This document shows, in pieces, positions 1 to 11,114 of a stretch of 50,896 bases of DNA. The stretch is from positions 119,966,230-120,017,125 of the forward strand of contig NC_068985.1 in the NCBI RefSeq assembly GCF_001194135.2, read 5' to 3'. Within the stretch, counting starts at the first letter, position 1. The number at the start of each line of letters is the position of its first letter. Source of the stretch: Octopus bimaculoides (lineage: Eukaryota). A program made the translations under genes and the position numbers. Under the pieces are notes generated by a model. That model was not told the origin of the DNA. It worked only from the letters and a program-made list of their open reading frames with translations, and did not search any database.

Positions 1-27
1 TATATATACATACATATATATATTCAT

Positions 28-80
<53 letters not shown>

Positions 81-81
<1 letters not shown>

Positions 82-240
82 CAGGCTTCTTTCAGTTTCC
101 GTGTTTCTGCCTACCATATCCACTCACAAGGCTTTGGTCCTCCCAAAGCTATAGTACAAGACACTTGCCCAAGATTCCACGCAGTAAGACTGAATTTCGG
201 GTTCATGTTGTTAGGAAGCAAGAGTCTTACGAGACAGCCG
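81..240 (-). mobile_element. tRNA-derived SINE family A, 5' half
   Basis: Reverse complement matches the head and body shared with 38126-38560 and 50275-50380 (CTTGGGCAAGTGTCTT...CCAAAGCCTTGTGAGTGGAT...GGAAACTGAAAGAAGCC). Confidence 0.8.
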
Positions 241-384
241 TAGTTTTTCCTATTGTTGTTGACGTTGATGTTGTTGTTATTGTTGTTCCTTTTATTGCTA
301 CTGTGCTGTTCCTCTCAGCGTCTTTGCAGATGTTGCTAATTGTTTGATGATGATAATGACACTTGCGGTCGTTATGACCTAGTA

Positions 385-387
385 GTC

Positions 388-437
<50 letters not shown>

Positions 438-442
438 GGTGG
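385..442. repeat. (GTA)n/(GTG)n microsatellite
   Basis: Direct read; explains the poly-Val ORF 340..570. Confidence 0.95.
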
Positions 443-1018
443 TCATTCCAGTCATAGTAGAGAATGAAGAGGAAAAAGATGATGTTGGTGTTGTAGTTGA
501 TGATGATAATGATGATGATGATGATCATGATGAAGAGACGAATAAGAGGCGGATGTTTGCAATTAAGTAAATGGCATTTATGTCAACGGTTAATGAATTC
601 AGTAATGAGTATGTTGATGTAATTGTTGTGGTGATGAAATTGATGAAGTTAATGAAGTTGTTGATAATGATGATGATGTTGGTAGTGGTGCTTGTAGGGT
701 TAATGTTTAAAACACTAGGCTCAATGATGGTGATAAACAAGACAGGGTCGAAGTTACTGCCGTTAATGATGATGATGATGATTACTATGATATTAATTAA
801 AATAATAGCGTATACGTCAGGCAACTGAATGAAATATAAGACAGCAAATGATATATAAATTTGCAGACATAATCAAACAAATAACTGATATATAGTCTAA
901 ATATTTTATCTTTTACCCATTATGTATTTATAGAGTTCTCTTTTGATCGGCGAGACATAAGATGCACACTTGTTTACATTCGATAGTATGTATTTATCTG
1001 TCTGTCTGTCTGTACCTG

Positions 1019-1065
<47 letters not shown>

Positions 1066-1295
1066 GCACACACACACAGACGCACACACACACAGACGCA
1101 CACACACACNNNNNNNNNNNNNNNNNNNNNNNNNNNNNNNNNNNNNNNNNNNNNNNNNNNNNNNNNNNNNNNNNNNNNNNNNNNNNNNNNNNNNNNNNNN
1201 NNNNNNNNNNNNNNNNNNNNNNNNNNNNNNNNNNNNNNNNNNNNNNNNNNNNNNNNNNNNNNNNNNNNNNNNNNNNNNNNNNNNNNNNNNNNNNN

Positions 1296-1402
1296 CATCT
1301 TTTTCGGGATCGGGAAAATAAGTACTAGTTAACCACTGGAGTCGATATAATCGACTAGTCACCTTCCCATAAATTTCAGGCGTTGTGCCTTTGGTAGGGA
1401 CG

Positions 1403-1480
<78 letters not shown>
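1296..1480 (+). mobile_element. tRNA-derived SINE family B, 3' half with (ATT)n tail
   Basis: AATAAGTACTAGTT...CACTGGAGTCGATATAATCGACT...AAATTTCAGGCGTTGTGCC matches the family B 3' part (cf. 17205-17430); followed by (ATT)n at 1402-1480. Confidence 0.8.
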
Positions 1481-1481
<1 letters not shown>

Positions 1482-1670
1482 TTTTTGCTGTTGTTGCTAT
1501 TATTATTGCTATTATCAATAATATTAATACGCTAACTTTTTGCTTTTGAACGTACCTGTTATGTGCTTCACACTTGCTTCAAATAAGTGGCAAAGCGAGA
1601 GAGAGGAGAACAGAGAGGTAGTAAGAGAGAAAGAAAGAGAGAAAGTGGGACAATGAGAGAGAAAGAGAGA

Positions 1671-1798
1671 GAGAGTGACTGGTGACGGCGTTCGTTTTGT
1701 GTTTTTAAATGTTTCAAAGAGAAAGTAAAAGAGAAAAAGAGAGTGAGTAAAAGAGACAGTGAGTGGTGACGGTGTTCGTTTTGTGTTTTTGAATGTTT
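1671..1798. repeat. 44-bp direct duplication, period 84 bp
   Basis: GAGAGTGACTGGTGACGGCGTTCGTTTTGTGTTTTTAAATGTTT (1671-1714) recurs at 1755-1798 with 4 mismatches. Confidence 0.9.
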
Positions 1799-2349
1799 AT
1801 CACATCGCAAGAGAAGTAGACACATAAATACATATACACATTGTTAAATCAAAAGCGGGAGAGAAGAGGTACACAAAGGAAGTGAAAGAGAGAGAAAGTG
1901 ATAATCAGTTCATACATAGATAGACAGCAAATATTGGCTGTCAGTTTCACTTTTCATTCCCACCCGAGAATAAAATTAATTCACAAATGGCTCAGTACTC
2001 CACAGACATGCATAGCTTTAATGTAGTTGTCAGAGAGATTCAGCCTCACAAAGAATATGACAAGGCTGCCCCCTTTGAATTACAGCTACNNNNNNNNNNN
2101 NNNNNNNNNNNNNNNNNNNNNNNNNNNNNNNNNNNNNNNNNNNNNNNNNNNNNNNNNNNNNNNNNNNNNNNNNNNNNNNNNNNNNNNNNNNNNNNNNNNN
2201 NNNNNNNNNNNNNNNNNNNNNNNNNNNNNNNNNNNNNNNNNNNNNNNNNNNNNNNNNNNNNNNNNNNNNNNNNNNNNNNNNNNNNNNNNNNNNNNNNNNN
2301 NNNNNNNNNNNNNNNNNNNNNNNNNNNNNNNNNNNNNNNNNNNNNNNNN

Positions 2350-2381
<32 letters not shown>

Positions 2382-2529
2382 CATGTATTTGTGTGTGTGT
2401 GTGTGTGTGTATAGAATAGGCTAGTTGAAACATGTTTGCAATAATAAGTGTCACGTGGTGGAAATAAACGCATTTACCAAACTTGCATTCATAAATCCAT
2501 TTGTTGTTTCGTTCTTTTGCATTTCAATT

Positions 2530-3212
2530 TGTACATTTGTACCCAACAATTTTCAACATCTGCACGCTAGAAGAGAGGGAAAAACGAGTAATTTTATCTC
2601 CTAAAAATTCTGACTGTCTTGTAATGAATGAAAAAGTTCTTAATATTATACCAGAGACACTTAAAACGTACTTAAACACAAATTCAGTGTCCTGCAATAA
2701 TGAGGCGGAGGTTCAGAACTATCAATTTGAATTCATAAACTAACTCACTCCATCCAGTATGCCTCCTCATCGCCTCAACTTAAAAGTGGGGGCTATTGTA
2801 ATGCTGCTAAGAAACCTTTTGATCAGTCAAGGATTATGTAAGGGAGCTCGCATGAAAATGCAAAGCCTTCATGAACATTGTGTAGAGGCATTATTGGTAA
2901 CAGGTTCCAACAGAGGTCGTACATTTCTAATTATCAGAATTAAACTTAGCCAAAGTGATGCAAATATTCCATTCACACTAAACAGACTTCAGTTTCCTCT
3001 TCCACTTGCATATTCAATGACAATAAGGCTCAAGGGCAAACATTTGAAAAGTAACCGTATTTTCTCATGGCCAATTATATGTCGCATTTTCAAGAGCACG
3101 AACTATGAACAATATCAAAGTAAGAGTTATGACACTCAATTGGGATAACAGACAAAGCCAAAAACGTGATGTGACATACACACAAAATATTGTCTACCAT
3201 GAGGTACTGTGA
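2530..3212 (+). pseudogene. Helitron Rep/Hel PIF1-family helicase C-terminal fragment, disrupted
   Basis: Translates as RVILSPKN...EFIN*LTPSSMPPHRLNLKVGAIVMLLRNL...QFPLPLAYSMTI/KAQGQTFEK/PVFSHGQLYVAFSRAR...TQNIVYHEVL*. These match Helitron helicase C-terminal motifs (xQGQT, HGQLYVAxSR) and the typical NIVYxEVL end. One in-frame stop at 2741-2743 and two deletions/frameshifts near 3025-3060. Confidence 0.9.
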
Positions 3213-3374
3213 GGAAGACCACTGCACCACCTAGCATCACCAGCACACCAATCGCTCCATCATTACACATCCACATTGCACCTTTAAGATCAGGGAACCA
3301 GATAGGGGCCCGCTGGATATCTATTGGCATACCAACAAACCACAAAGTCGCGCCAGCCAGCAGCACCAGTAGCT

Positions 3375-3645
3375 CCAAGCCCGTCATATATGTATGTATG
3401 TATATATGTATGTATGTATTATGTATGTGTGTGTGTGTTTGTATTTGTGTCTGTGTGACCCCACCACCATTTCTCGACAACCCATGTCGGTGCGTTTGCG
3501 TCCTGTAATCTAGCTGTTTAGAAGAGACTGATAGAATAAGCACTAGGCTCTCAGGGAATAAGTCCAAGGGTCAATTTTTTCGCCTAAGGGCGGTGCTCCA
3601 GCATGGCCACCGTGAAATGACCGAAACAAGTAAAAGAATAAAAAG
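3375..3645 (+). mobile_element. SINE family A, 3' half with internal (TATG)/(GT) tract
   Basis: AAGCCCGTC-[microsatellite]-...GATAGAATAAGCACTAGGCT...GGCGGTGCTCCAGCATGGCC...GAAACAAGTAAAAGAATAAAA, as in 38126-38560. Confidence 0.85.
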
Positions 3646-3809
3646 AAAACGTTTGGTACCACTAAACCAAGAAGGTTCTTTGAATATGTATGATGTATTT
3701 TAAGGCTAAATAATAATTCCGTTTGTGTAACTGAGATATTTTGGTTGGATTATATAGTCATTGGTATTACATTACTTTCTATTTTCTGTAACTGTCACAA
3801 TATACTGTT

Positions 3810-3937
3810 CTAGGTCTGAAATATTTGTAGGGGGTGGGGAGCCAGTTGATTAGATCGACTCCAATACACAACTGGTATTTAATTTATCGACCCCCGAAAG
3901 GACGAAAGTAAAGTCAACCTCGGCAGAATTTGAACTT
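3810..3937 (-). mobile_element. SINE family B fragment
   Basis: ATCGACCCCCGAAAGGACGAAAGTAAAGTCAACCTCGGCAGAATTTGAACT is the reverse complement of the family B B-box and body. Confidence 0.85.
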
Positions 3938-3951
3938 ACATTTTTTGTTTT

Positions 3952-3977
3952 CCGTGAATTTTTCACGGGCCCAGCTA

Positions 3978-3978
<1 letters not shown>
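3952..3978 (+). mobile_element. Putative Helitron 3' terminus (hairpin + CTAG)
   Basis: CCGTGAA-TTT-TTCACGG 7-bp stem, 6-nt spacer, then CTAG followed by T; same strand as, and downstream of, the helicase fragment. Confidence 0.6.
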
Positions 3979-4043
<65 letters not shown>

Positions 4044-4044
<1 letters not shown>

Positions 4045-4490
4045 CTTTATGACACAGTTCAGGTAAAAATGCATCGGAGTCTTTAGTCATCTGTCAAGTC
4101 ACAATATGGACCTCAGACAGATAATACTTTCCTTAAGATGTGCGCTGTGCCCAATAAGGCTACGTTTTGCAAGACATCAATCTTGCATGGGATTTCCAGT
4201 TGCCTTAAGGTGTCTTGAAGTTTCAATGGGATTGCGCCCAACGCTCCGATCACCACTGGTATCACTTTTACATTACCCTCTCGTATTCCATACAGTCTTG
4301 CACTTTCCACTTTCAATTCGGAGTACTTGGTTTTTTCAACCTCTTTACTCACAACATTCATGTAATTTCGTATGGCTACTTCCATGATCTGACAGTATTT
4401 GTCTCTCTTATTCAATAAAAAAATATCTGAATAATCTGTTCTCGAGCTGTTATTTCTATTCACAAATTTTCCGATCTGGTTTTTTGCCAT
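4044..4490 (-). mobile_element. R4/Dong-type non-LTR retrotransposon 3' fragment (restriction-like endonuclease) with (TAA)n tail
   Basis: DIFLLNKRDKYCQIMEVAI...EKTKYSELK...KVIPVVIGALGAIP...LLGTAHILRKVLSV* is a PD-(D/E)xK RLE C-terminus. A short 3' UTR runs into (TAA)n, read as (TTA)n at 3979-4043. Confidence 0.85.
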
Positions 4491-4496
4491 GATCAT

Positions 4497-5003
4497 GACT
4501 TTTGCTTTGCATTTGTACAAGTTGGCTCTGAGTCTCACCCAGGGACCTCAAGAGACAACAAGTTTGAAGTTCATGCCTAAAGTGCCATATATTTGGTTTT
4601 GTACATAGTGTTATTCTAGAGAACGTTTAAGAAACCATAAGAAAATTATGTGTTTGTTTTAAAATTTGAGATTACATAGAAAGTATTTTACGTAGGATAT
4701 GGGCAGTTCCCATGATCTCTAACTTTTGAATTTCTGCCATTTTGGGGGTTTCCTGGTATCTGAGCTATGTAGCAATCAGCTCCTTTTGCTATCATTTCTA
4801 GGGCACCTATGACAACAGGTATTGTTTTAGTTTTCCGGTTCCACAGTTTGCTAATTTCTATTTCAAGATCTTTATACTTGCTCAGTATTTTGTAGGTCTT
4901 GACAGATACGTTTATATCGATTGGGACAATCATATCAATGAGGAGGCCTGATATTTGCATGAAGTCTTTCAATATGATGTCTGGCCTATTTGCATCTATC
5001 TTT
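4497..5003 (-). mobile_element. R4/Dong-type element, second subfamily, 3' end (RLE + 3' UTR)
   Basis: KIDANRPDIILKDF...LLIDMIVPIDINV...SKYKDLEIEISKLW...TIPVVIGAL; the 3' UTR is highly similar to 11420-11610. Confidence 0.9.
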
Positions 5004-5135
5004 TTCAGATATTTTTTCCCCAAGAATTATTTAGTTATGCTGTATTATCCTTAACGTCCTGTGTATTCCTTTCAAACTGTCAATACATTCTCGTTTCAAG
5101 TAGGTCTTCTATTCGCTTCTCTTCAGTTCTTTGGA

Positions 5136-5648
5136 AAACCTGTGCTAAAATTGCTGCCTTAGATATTCTGATTCATAAATGGCAATAAAAACCCTCTCAA
5201 TGGCAAATACCCAAAGAGAGCGAATAGTGTCGATGTTGACAAAGCCATTACCCATCAATGGTTAATGGCTTCTGGCTTAAAATCAGAAACAGAAGGGTTT
5301 ATCATAGCAGCCCAAGATCAATGCCTACCTACAATGAACTACTAGGCCAACATATTAAAGAACAGCAGCTTCCCATCATGTTGTGTATGTCAACAACAAA
5401 ATGAAATCATTGATCATGTTGTCTCCATGTGAAGTCTTCTAGCGCCTACAGAATATTTCAACAGGCATGATAGAGCTGCACAATATATTCACTGGATAAT
5501 TTGCAAATATCTTGACTTGCACCATTATAGAAACTAGTGGGAACACAAACCACCCCCCAATGCTTGAAAATGGTCACATCTCACTCCTCTGGAACTTCAC
5601 CATTCAAACTGGCAGAAAGATAGATATAATGATATTATAATGAAAGAC
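5136..5648 (+). mobile_element. R4/Dong-type element, post-RT/CCHC zinc-knuckle segment, inverted relative to 4497-5003
   Basis: KWQ*KPLNGKYP...HQWLMASGLKSETEGFIIAAQDQCLPT...CCVCQQQNEIIDHVVSM*...RHDRAAQYIHWIIC...LLWNFTIQTGRKID; several stops. Confidence 0.9.
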
Positions 5649-7247
5649 AGATTGTGCAAAATGTTCTCAATCCACTGGCTGGTTATCTAAAATTGGAAAT
5701 AAGTTGAAAGGGAAATAATAGTAAAAGAAAATATAGAAATACGTAAAAGTAAAACGACATGCAGTTGATGGTGTCTCATTCAGTTGGTGATTTTTTTCTG
5801 AAAATTTTAAAACAAAATTTATTTTCATATACGTTTATGAATTTGTGCTGCAAGATTCCTGATATGAAGTTGTGTGTTGAAACAGATGTTGTATTTAGGG
5901 ATGGTCATTTTTTTGCCGAATAAACACGAATATTATATATTCGTTCTTCACTCGTTTATTACTGTTCTTATTCTAACTCATGTCCATTGTCCAGAAATCT
6001 TTCGTCAAACATCTGTGACCTCCTCAACGACACTTTCCGTCTTTGTGTGTGCTCTTGACCACCCCTATATACAACAATATTTTCATATAAGTTTATATAA
6101 ATATTTTCATGTACGTTAGCAATATCATTATTATAATCATTGACTCTATGTAGTATTACACAACTACTTTTGCGCAGTTATCGTTAAAATTATCAGATGA
6201 GACGATCTATCAATGTAGATCCTATATTCCGTATATTCTGACATATCTGTCACAGTTTGAAACTAATGTCTTAACCTCACTCATACCTCATGCAGTTATT
6301 CTCAATTCCATATCAAGGAAGATTTTCCAAGATATGGCTAGATGTGGCAGATTAATAAAATATATTTCAGTTTTTAAGAGGCCCAAAGAAGGCTCATAAT
6401 TTCTCAGACTCTGAATACAATATACGCGCTTCAACGAAGTCAATATCTGAGTGTTTTTGAAAGTATATAAAAAATAAAATCAAATAAAATATTTCTTCTG
6501 CGATATAAAGACCGGCATAACTAAATTATTCTTGGGGAAAAAAATATTTGCAACCAGAAACAAATTATTAACAGATTCTTTTGTTTGTCAAATTCATTGT
6601 GTTTTGAAAATGATTTATGAGGCAAATATCTCAACTTCCTAATACCTTAATTCTGAATCGGAATTTCCTTCAGGGCATGTCATCGAATGGAAGTGGCACT
6701 GAATGAATGAATTGAAATTTGTACCAATGTTATCGAAGCTGACAAATAATTTCCAGCTTTCATTCTGTTTAAAAATCGATGTTGTCCTCAACTGAAAGTT
6801 AATTCCCGGCAAGATGAATCCTGTTTCGATTCGTTATTGAATTATTCTAATTGAATCAAACAAACGAAATGACTACAGTACTGTGTCTCAATTTGTCGCA
6901 ATAACAACCAGATCCTTCCCAAATCAAATTTAACGACTTAGCAAAGAGGGGAAGATTGGATAATGTGGTCTGAATTCTTGTGCTTAGGAAAAACCATGAT
7001 GGTCATGACTGGAACGACTTTTGATCATAGATCATCATGAAGGCAGTTAGTTTGGAGCAAATCAACAAAAACCACATTAATTGAATTTACTGAATCACAT
7101 CGGTTGAACATCTAGCAATCTTACTCAGTCTCTTATTAATCTCTTAGTATCTTTGCGTATCAAGGAAATGGATGGTGCTGATCGTGCAGAAGGCAGTCAT
7201 TATTATGATAAGACTAAACAGGCGCATGTGTACAGAAGTCCTTGTAA

Positions 7248-7420
7248 TTGTTATTCAGTGATTGATATAATACTCTCGGCTTAACACAATTATCTAGCTC
7301 CCGATGCCTTTAGCGGACTATACTCTGTTGCAAATATTCGAACGAGAATCCGGTCCGGAGATATCAATAAGAATCCTGCTTTCTCTCAACAGTCTTGAAA
7401 GCCTAGAAGAAATAATGCAT
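7248..7420 (+). pseudogene. Possible decayed leucine-rich-repeat coding fragment
   Basis: YSVIDIILSA*HNYLAPDAFSGL / YSVANIRTRIRSGDINKNPAFS / (frameshift) LNSLESLEEI: 23-24 aa periodicity with xAFSGL, resembling extracellular LRRs; one stop and one frameshift. Confidence 0.3.
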
Positions 7421-8199
7421 CCTACTCTTCTTTCTCTTGCAAATTAAACCAAAAAATAAAAATAAAATATAAACCATCTCATAGTTATACTGATTCCATT
7501 ACAAATCATTGCGTCATTTCTATGGAAATGAATGGACGTTTATCTACAGTTAGATCAATGATAAACCGAACGTTGTTAAATGCAGTCACACTTAACATTG
7601 CGATAAAATGGCTTCGTGGTTAGACAAGGGATTTGAGAATTAAGATTCGAACTGAGTTATGTAAGGTTTCTTCTTTAAACACGATATCATTAAGTTAAAT
7701 CATGCTTTATTTTTTTCTCTTAATTAATCAATTGGATCCAATTATCTTAAACGATTAAGCTGAAAGAACTTTAACAACAATTGAGAAATAACATTTAGGG
7801 ATATTTTACAGAGAAACAGGCATCTTCTTTGTTTAAATATAAATGAAGAACTGACAGTATAACAAGTAAGAGGTAATAGCTGACAGCATCTCTACCGGTA
7901 ACGGAAGTAATCGAGGAAGAGGAGGAGGGGGAAAAGAATGAGAAGAAGGATTAGGAGGGGAAAGGAAAAAGAATAATAAGGAAGAGGGAGAGTAAAGAGG
8001 GTGAAGTAGGAGGAGAGTAACAATAAAAGACCTAATAGCAGAAGAATTAGTATTTGAAACAGAAGATTAATACTTGTCAGTGTGACGAAGGAGAGAAGTT
8101 AAACTCATTGATTGGGAACGTGTTGCGATGTAAATAATTATGCTAGTTACAGTTTAGTCCTACGTTTTACCGAAATGCTGTCCACGGCTCGTGTTAATA

Positions 8200-8410
8200 T
8201 TAGTTTCAGATTTTGGCAAAAGGCTAACAATTTCGGAGAAGAGGATAAATCGCTTACCTCAACCCAGTAGTCACTCAACTCGTATTTGTATTACAGACAC
8301 CGAAAGGATGAAACGCAAAGTCGACCGCGGTGGAATTTAGACTTAAAACGGATGAAATGCCGCTTAGCATTTTGTCCGGCGTGCTAACGTTTCTGCCAGC
8401 TCGTCGCCTT
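8200..8410 (-). mobile_element. SINE family B, near full length
   Basis: Head AAGGCGACGAGCTGGCAGAAACGTTAGCACGCCGG (A-box-like) on the - strand, followed by the family body. Confidence 0.9.
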
Positions 8411-8435
8411 CATGCTAGTATCAGTTTTAGAAAAC

Positions 8436-8640
8436 AAGGCAGTGAGCTGGTGGAATCGATAGCACGCCGGGTAAAATGCTCACTGGCATATTAACGTTCT
8501 GAGTTCGAACTCCACCGAGGTCAACTTTACTTTTCATCCTTTTGGGTTCGATAATATAAGTACAGTTGATCATTGCGATCGGTGTACCCGACTCCCTCCT
8601 CTCGCGAAATTGGTGGCCAGGTACCAAAATTTGAAACCAA
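8436..8640 (+). mobile_element. SINE family B, near full length
   Basis: AAGGCAGTGAGCTGG (A box)...GAGTTCGAACTCC (B box)...GGTCAACTTTACTTTTCATCC. Confidence 0.9.
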
Positions 8641-9310
8641 TATTTACATGATTACACTGAAGCAGGAGGCAATGAAGACGATTTAATTGTCCTTATAACG
8701 ATGTAATTATTAGTTCTCCTTTGTAAAATAAATGTGAAAATAAGACAAAATAGGAGCCACAGATGTAGTCATATGTTTTAAGGTAATGCTTGTACTACTA
8801 CTACTGCTACGTCACCGTTTTAATAATGACGATGATAGTAATAAAAATAATGATAATAACGATGAGATTTTTTTTTTTTTTGTTAACCACTAAGTGTTGA
8901 CAAACAGAAAGACGATGGTGCAGGATGATACGATACAATGCAATACAATGCGAGATTACATAAAAGCGAGTAAATTATAAAATAATAAGAGCAAAGAAAC
9001 AAAACTTTCAAAAAAGAAATGATTCCCTAAAGGAGAGAGAAAGTTTAGGGCCACTCGTGAAAACCTCACAGAACCACTGCCGAGTTGACAACAAGTGTGA
9101 GTTCCTCTCTCTATCTACTGCCATCAATCTATAGGCGCATGCTCAGAACATCAGAACAGGCTCACTCATTCAAAACATCGTTGCCACTCTGATTTACCTT
9201 TCAACAAATTAACTGGAAAACAACACTTCACTCTCCAATTTCACTTTCCTTTTCAAGTGAAATTTGAAAAAGTTGAGGAGGGCCCGGCTGTGATCTGTCT
9301 CTCTTTCTAG

Positions 9311-9371
<61 letters not shown>

Positions 9372-9377
<6 letters not shown>

Positions 9378-9562
9378 GGTGCTATCCTGCAGACCTACTG
9401 ACTTTTCTTGGTTGACTTTTGCGCCCGACACCATTTTCTACTCACTTAGAGCAGTATCAACGCCTCCGATGTGCGTCATTATGATGATAAAGTCGTCCAC
9501 GTATACTGATTTACTTCTCTCACATCCAAATTCCGCAAAAGTGACTCCAGAGTCAGCATATA
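9372..9562 (-). mobile_element. L1/Tx1-clade reverse transcriptase fragment
   Basis: YMLTLESLLR/...SVYVDDFII...ALSE*KMVSGAKVNQEKSVGL..TWR: YxDD motif followed by the GAKxNxxKS segment typical of L1/Tx1 RT; ends in (GA)n. Confidence 0.7.
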
Positions 9563-10587
9563 CCTCACCATGTGAAAGCATCTATACAGACAAGGTAGCT
9601 TGATATGGAGATTAGTTTATCACTCCTTAGGGCTGTTTTAGAGTACTTCAAGGACCCATCATCTATGGGAAACCTCACTTCTACTCTGCCATAATTTTTC
9701 CTCTTGATTACATTTCATTTGTAACCCAAGGATGGTTTTTGAGATACTTTCTATTTACTGCTCTGTCAGTTGCTGTTTTCTTACTTTTTGTAGCTATGGT
9801 TTTTATGCATCAAGATTTTGAGGTTGTTTTCTTGACGATTAATTCCTGGACGTTTAGTGTAGCATTTCGTTTTCACCTCCTATGTTTTTCAGTTTTTCTT
9901 CCGGTGATAAAACAATGTCTTCAAATAATCGGCGTACAGAGTCAGCGAAAGAGCCAAAGCTTGATTTGTAAGTTGTCATATCATCATCTTTTGTGCTGGC
10001 CGAACTGGTGTTGGGGGCAGCGGAGGTTTACTGTGCAGGTGTGTTGAATGGATAATGTAATATCTTGTTTGTTTTTTTTTTTCTGATCTACATTCACATC
10101 TTTATTACTTTTCTTTTGGTTGCTTTAATTTTTTTTTCTGGCTCTTGTTCCTTTTTTGCCTTGTTGCTCTTGTTGATGATGATGTTATGACTGGAGGTGC
10201 TCTTTCGGTCGGCATTGTTAGTAGCGCTAATAGTGGTGATATGTTGTTTTATTGGACAAGTAGAAAGGTAGCGGTAATTCAATCTCCTCCACGTTTTACT
10301 GAAAACTTCGTTCCGGGCTTACAGATTATTACTTTAGAAATAGGCGAATGTTATAAAATGAATCAGATATTCAGCCTCGAAGAAGCGGAAATCTCACAAT
10401 GCCAAATAGACGGGAAGGATGCTGGTGGCATCAAGAAAATAACAAAATTCAGTGACAACTTACTATCTCCAGGAACATTGTCTTCTCTGTGTAAACACAA
10501 CATTGACAACAACAGCAGTAGCAGCAGATATAATAATAATAATAATAATAAAGAAGAAGAAGAAGAAGAAGAATGTTAATAATAATA

Positions 10588-10797
10588 AGCATGCTGGCAC
10601 AGAAAGAATACGAGAAAATATATGACAACCTAGGGAGAGCAATCCACTGGGAGCTATGCAGAAAGCTAGGATTTGAACATACTGATAAATGGTATGAACA
10701 TGAACCTAGTAAAGTACTAGAAAGTAAGAAATATAAGATGTTGCGGGACTTTAACATTCAGACTGATAGAGTAATAGTAGCTAGAAGGCTTGATTTG

Positions 10798-10846
<49 letters not shown>

Positions 10847-11114
10847 ATAAAGAGAATAGAAGGTGCCAGATAATTGACTTTACAGTCCCAAATGATGAAA
10901 AGATTAATATGAGAAGTACCAAGACCTAGCTACTGAATTATAGAGATTATGGAAAGTTCGGGTAAAATGTATCCCAATAGTTATAGGTACATTGGGAACT
11001 ATCCCTAAAGATCTGAACAGATATATAGAGGAAATAGGCATAAAACCCAGTTCAGTACAGAAAACAGTGTTATTAGAGACAGCTAGGATATTTAGGAGGG
11101 TTCTTGGCATCTAA
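10588..11114 (+). mobile_element. R4/Dong-type RLE fragment, third subfamily, with in-frame (GTA)16 expansion
   Basis: LAQKEYEK..DNLGRAIHWELC...WYEHEPSKVLE...DFNIQTDRVIVARRLDLV(16)DKENRRCQIIDFTVPND.../YQDLATEL*RLWKVRVKCIPIVIGTLGTIP...ETARIFRRVLGI*. Confidence 0.9.

Noticed and set aside
6644-6789. 146-nt open minus-strand segment with GT-AG ends
   Set aside because: Weak acceptor, no recognisable product, and it conflicts with weak LRR-like peptides on the other strand.
9376-9603. (CT)n followed by CAG as a plus-strand acceptor with a 74-aa ORF
   Set aside because: The opposite strand encodes a Tx1 RT fragment, so the apparent acceptor is a chance microsatellite junction.
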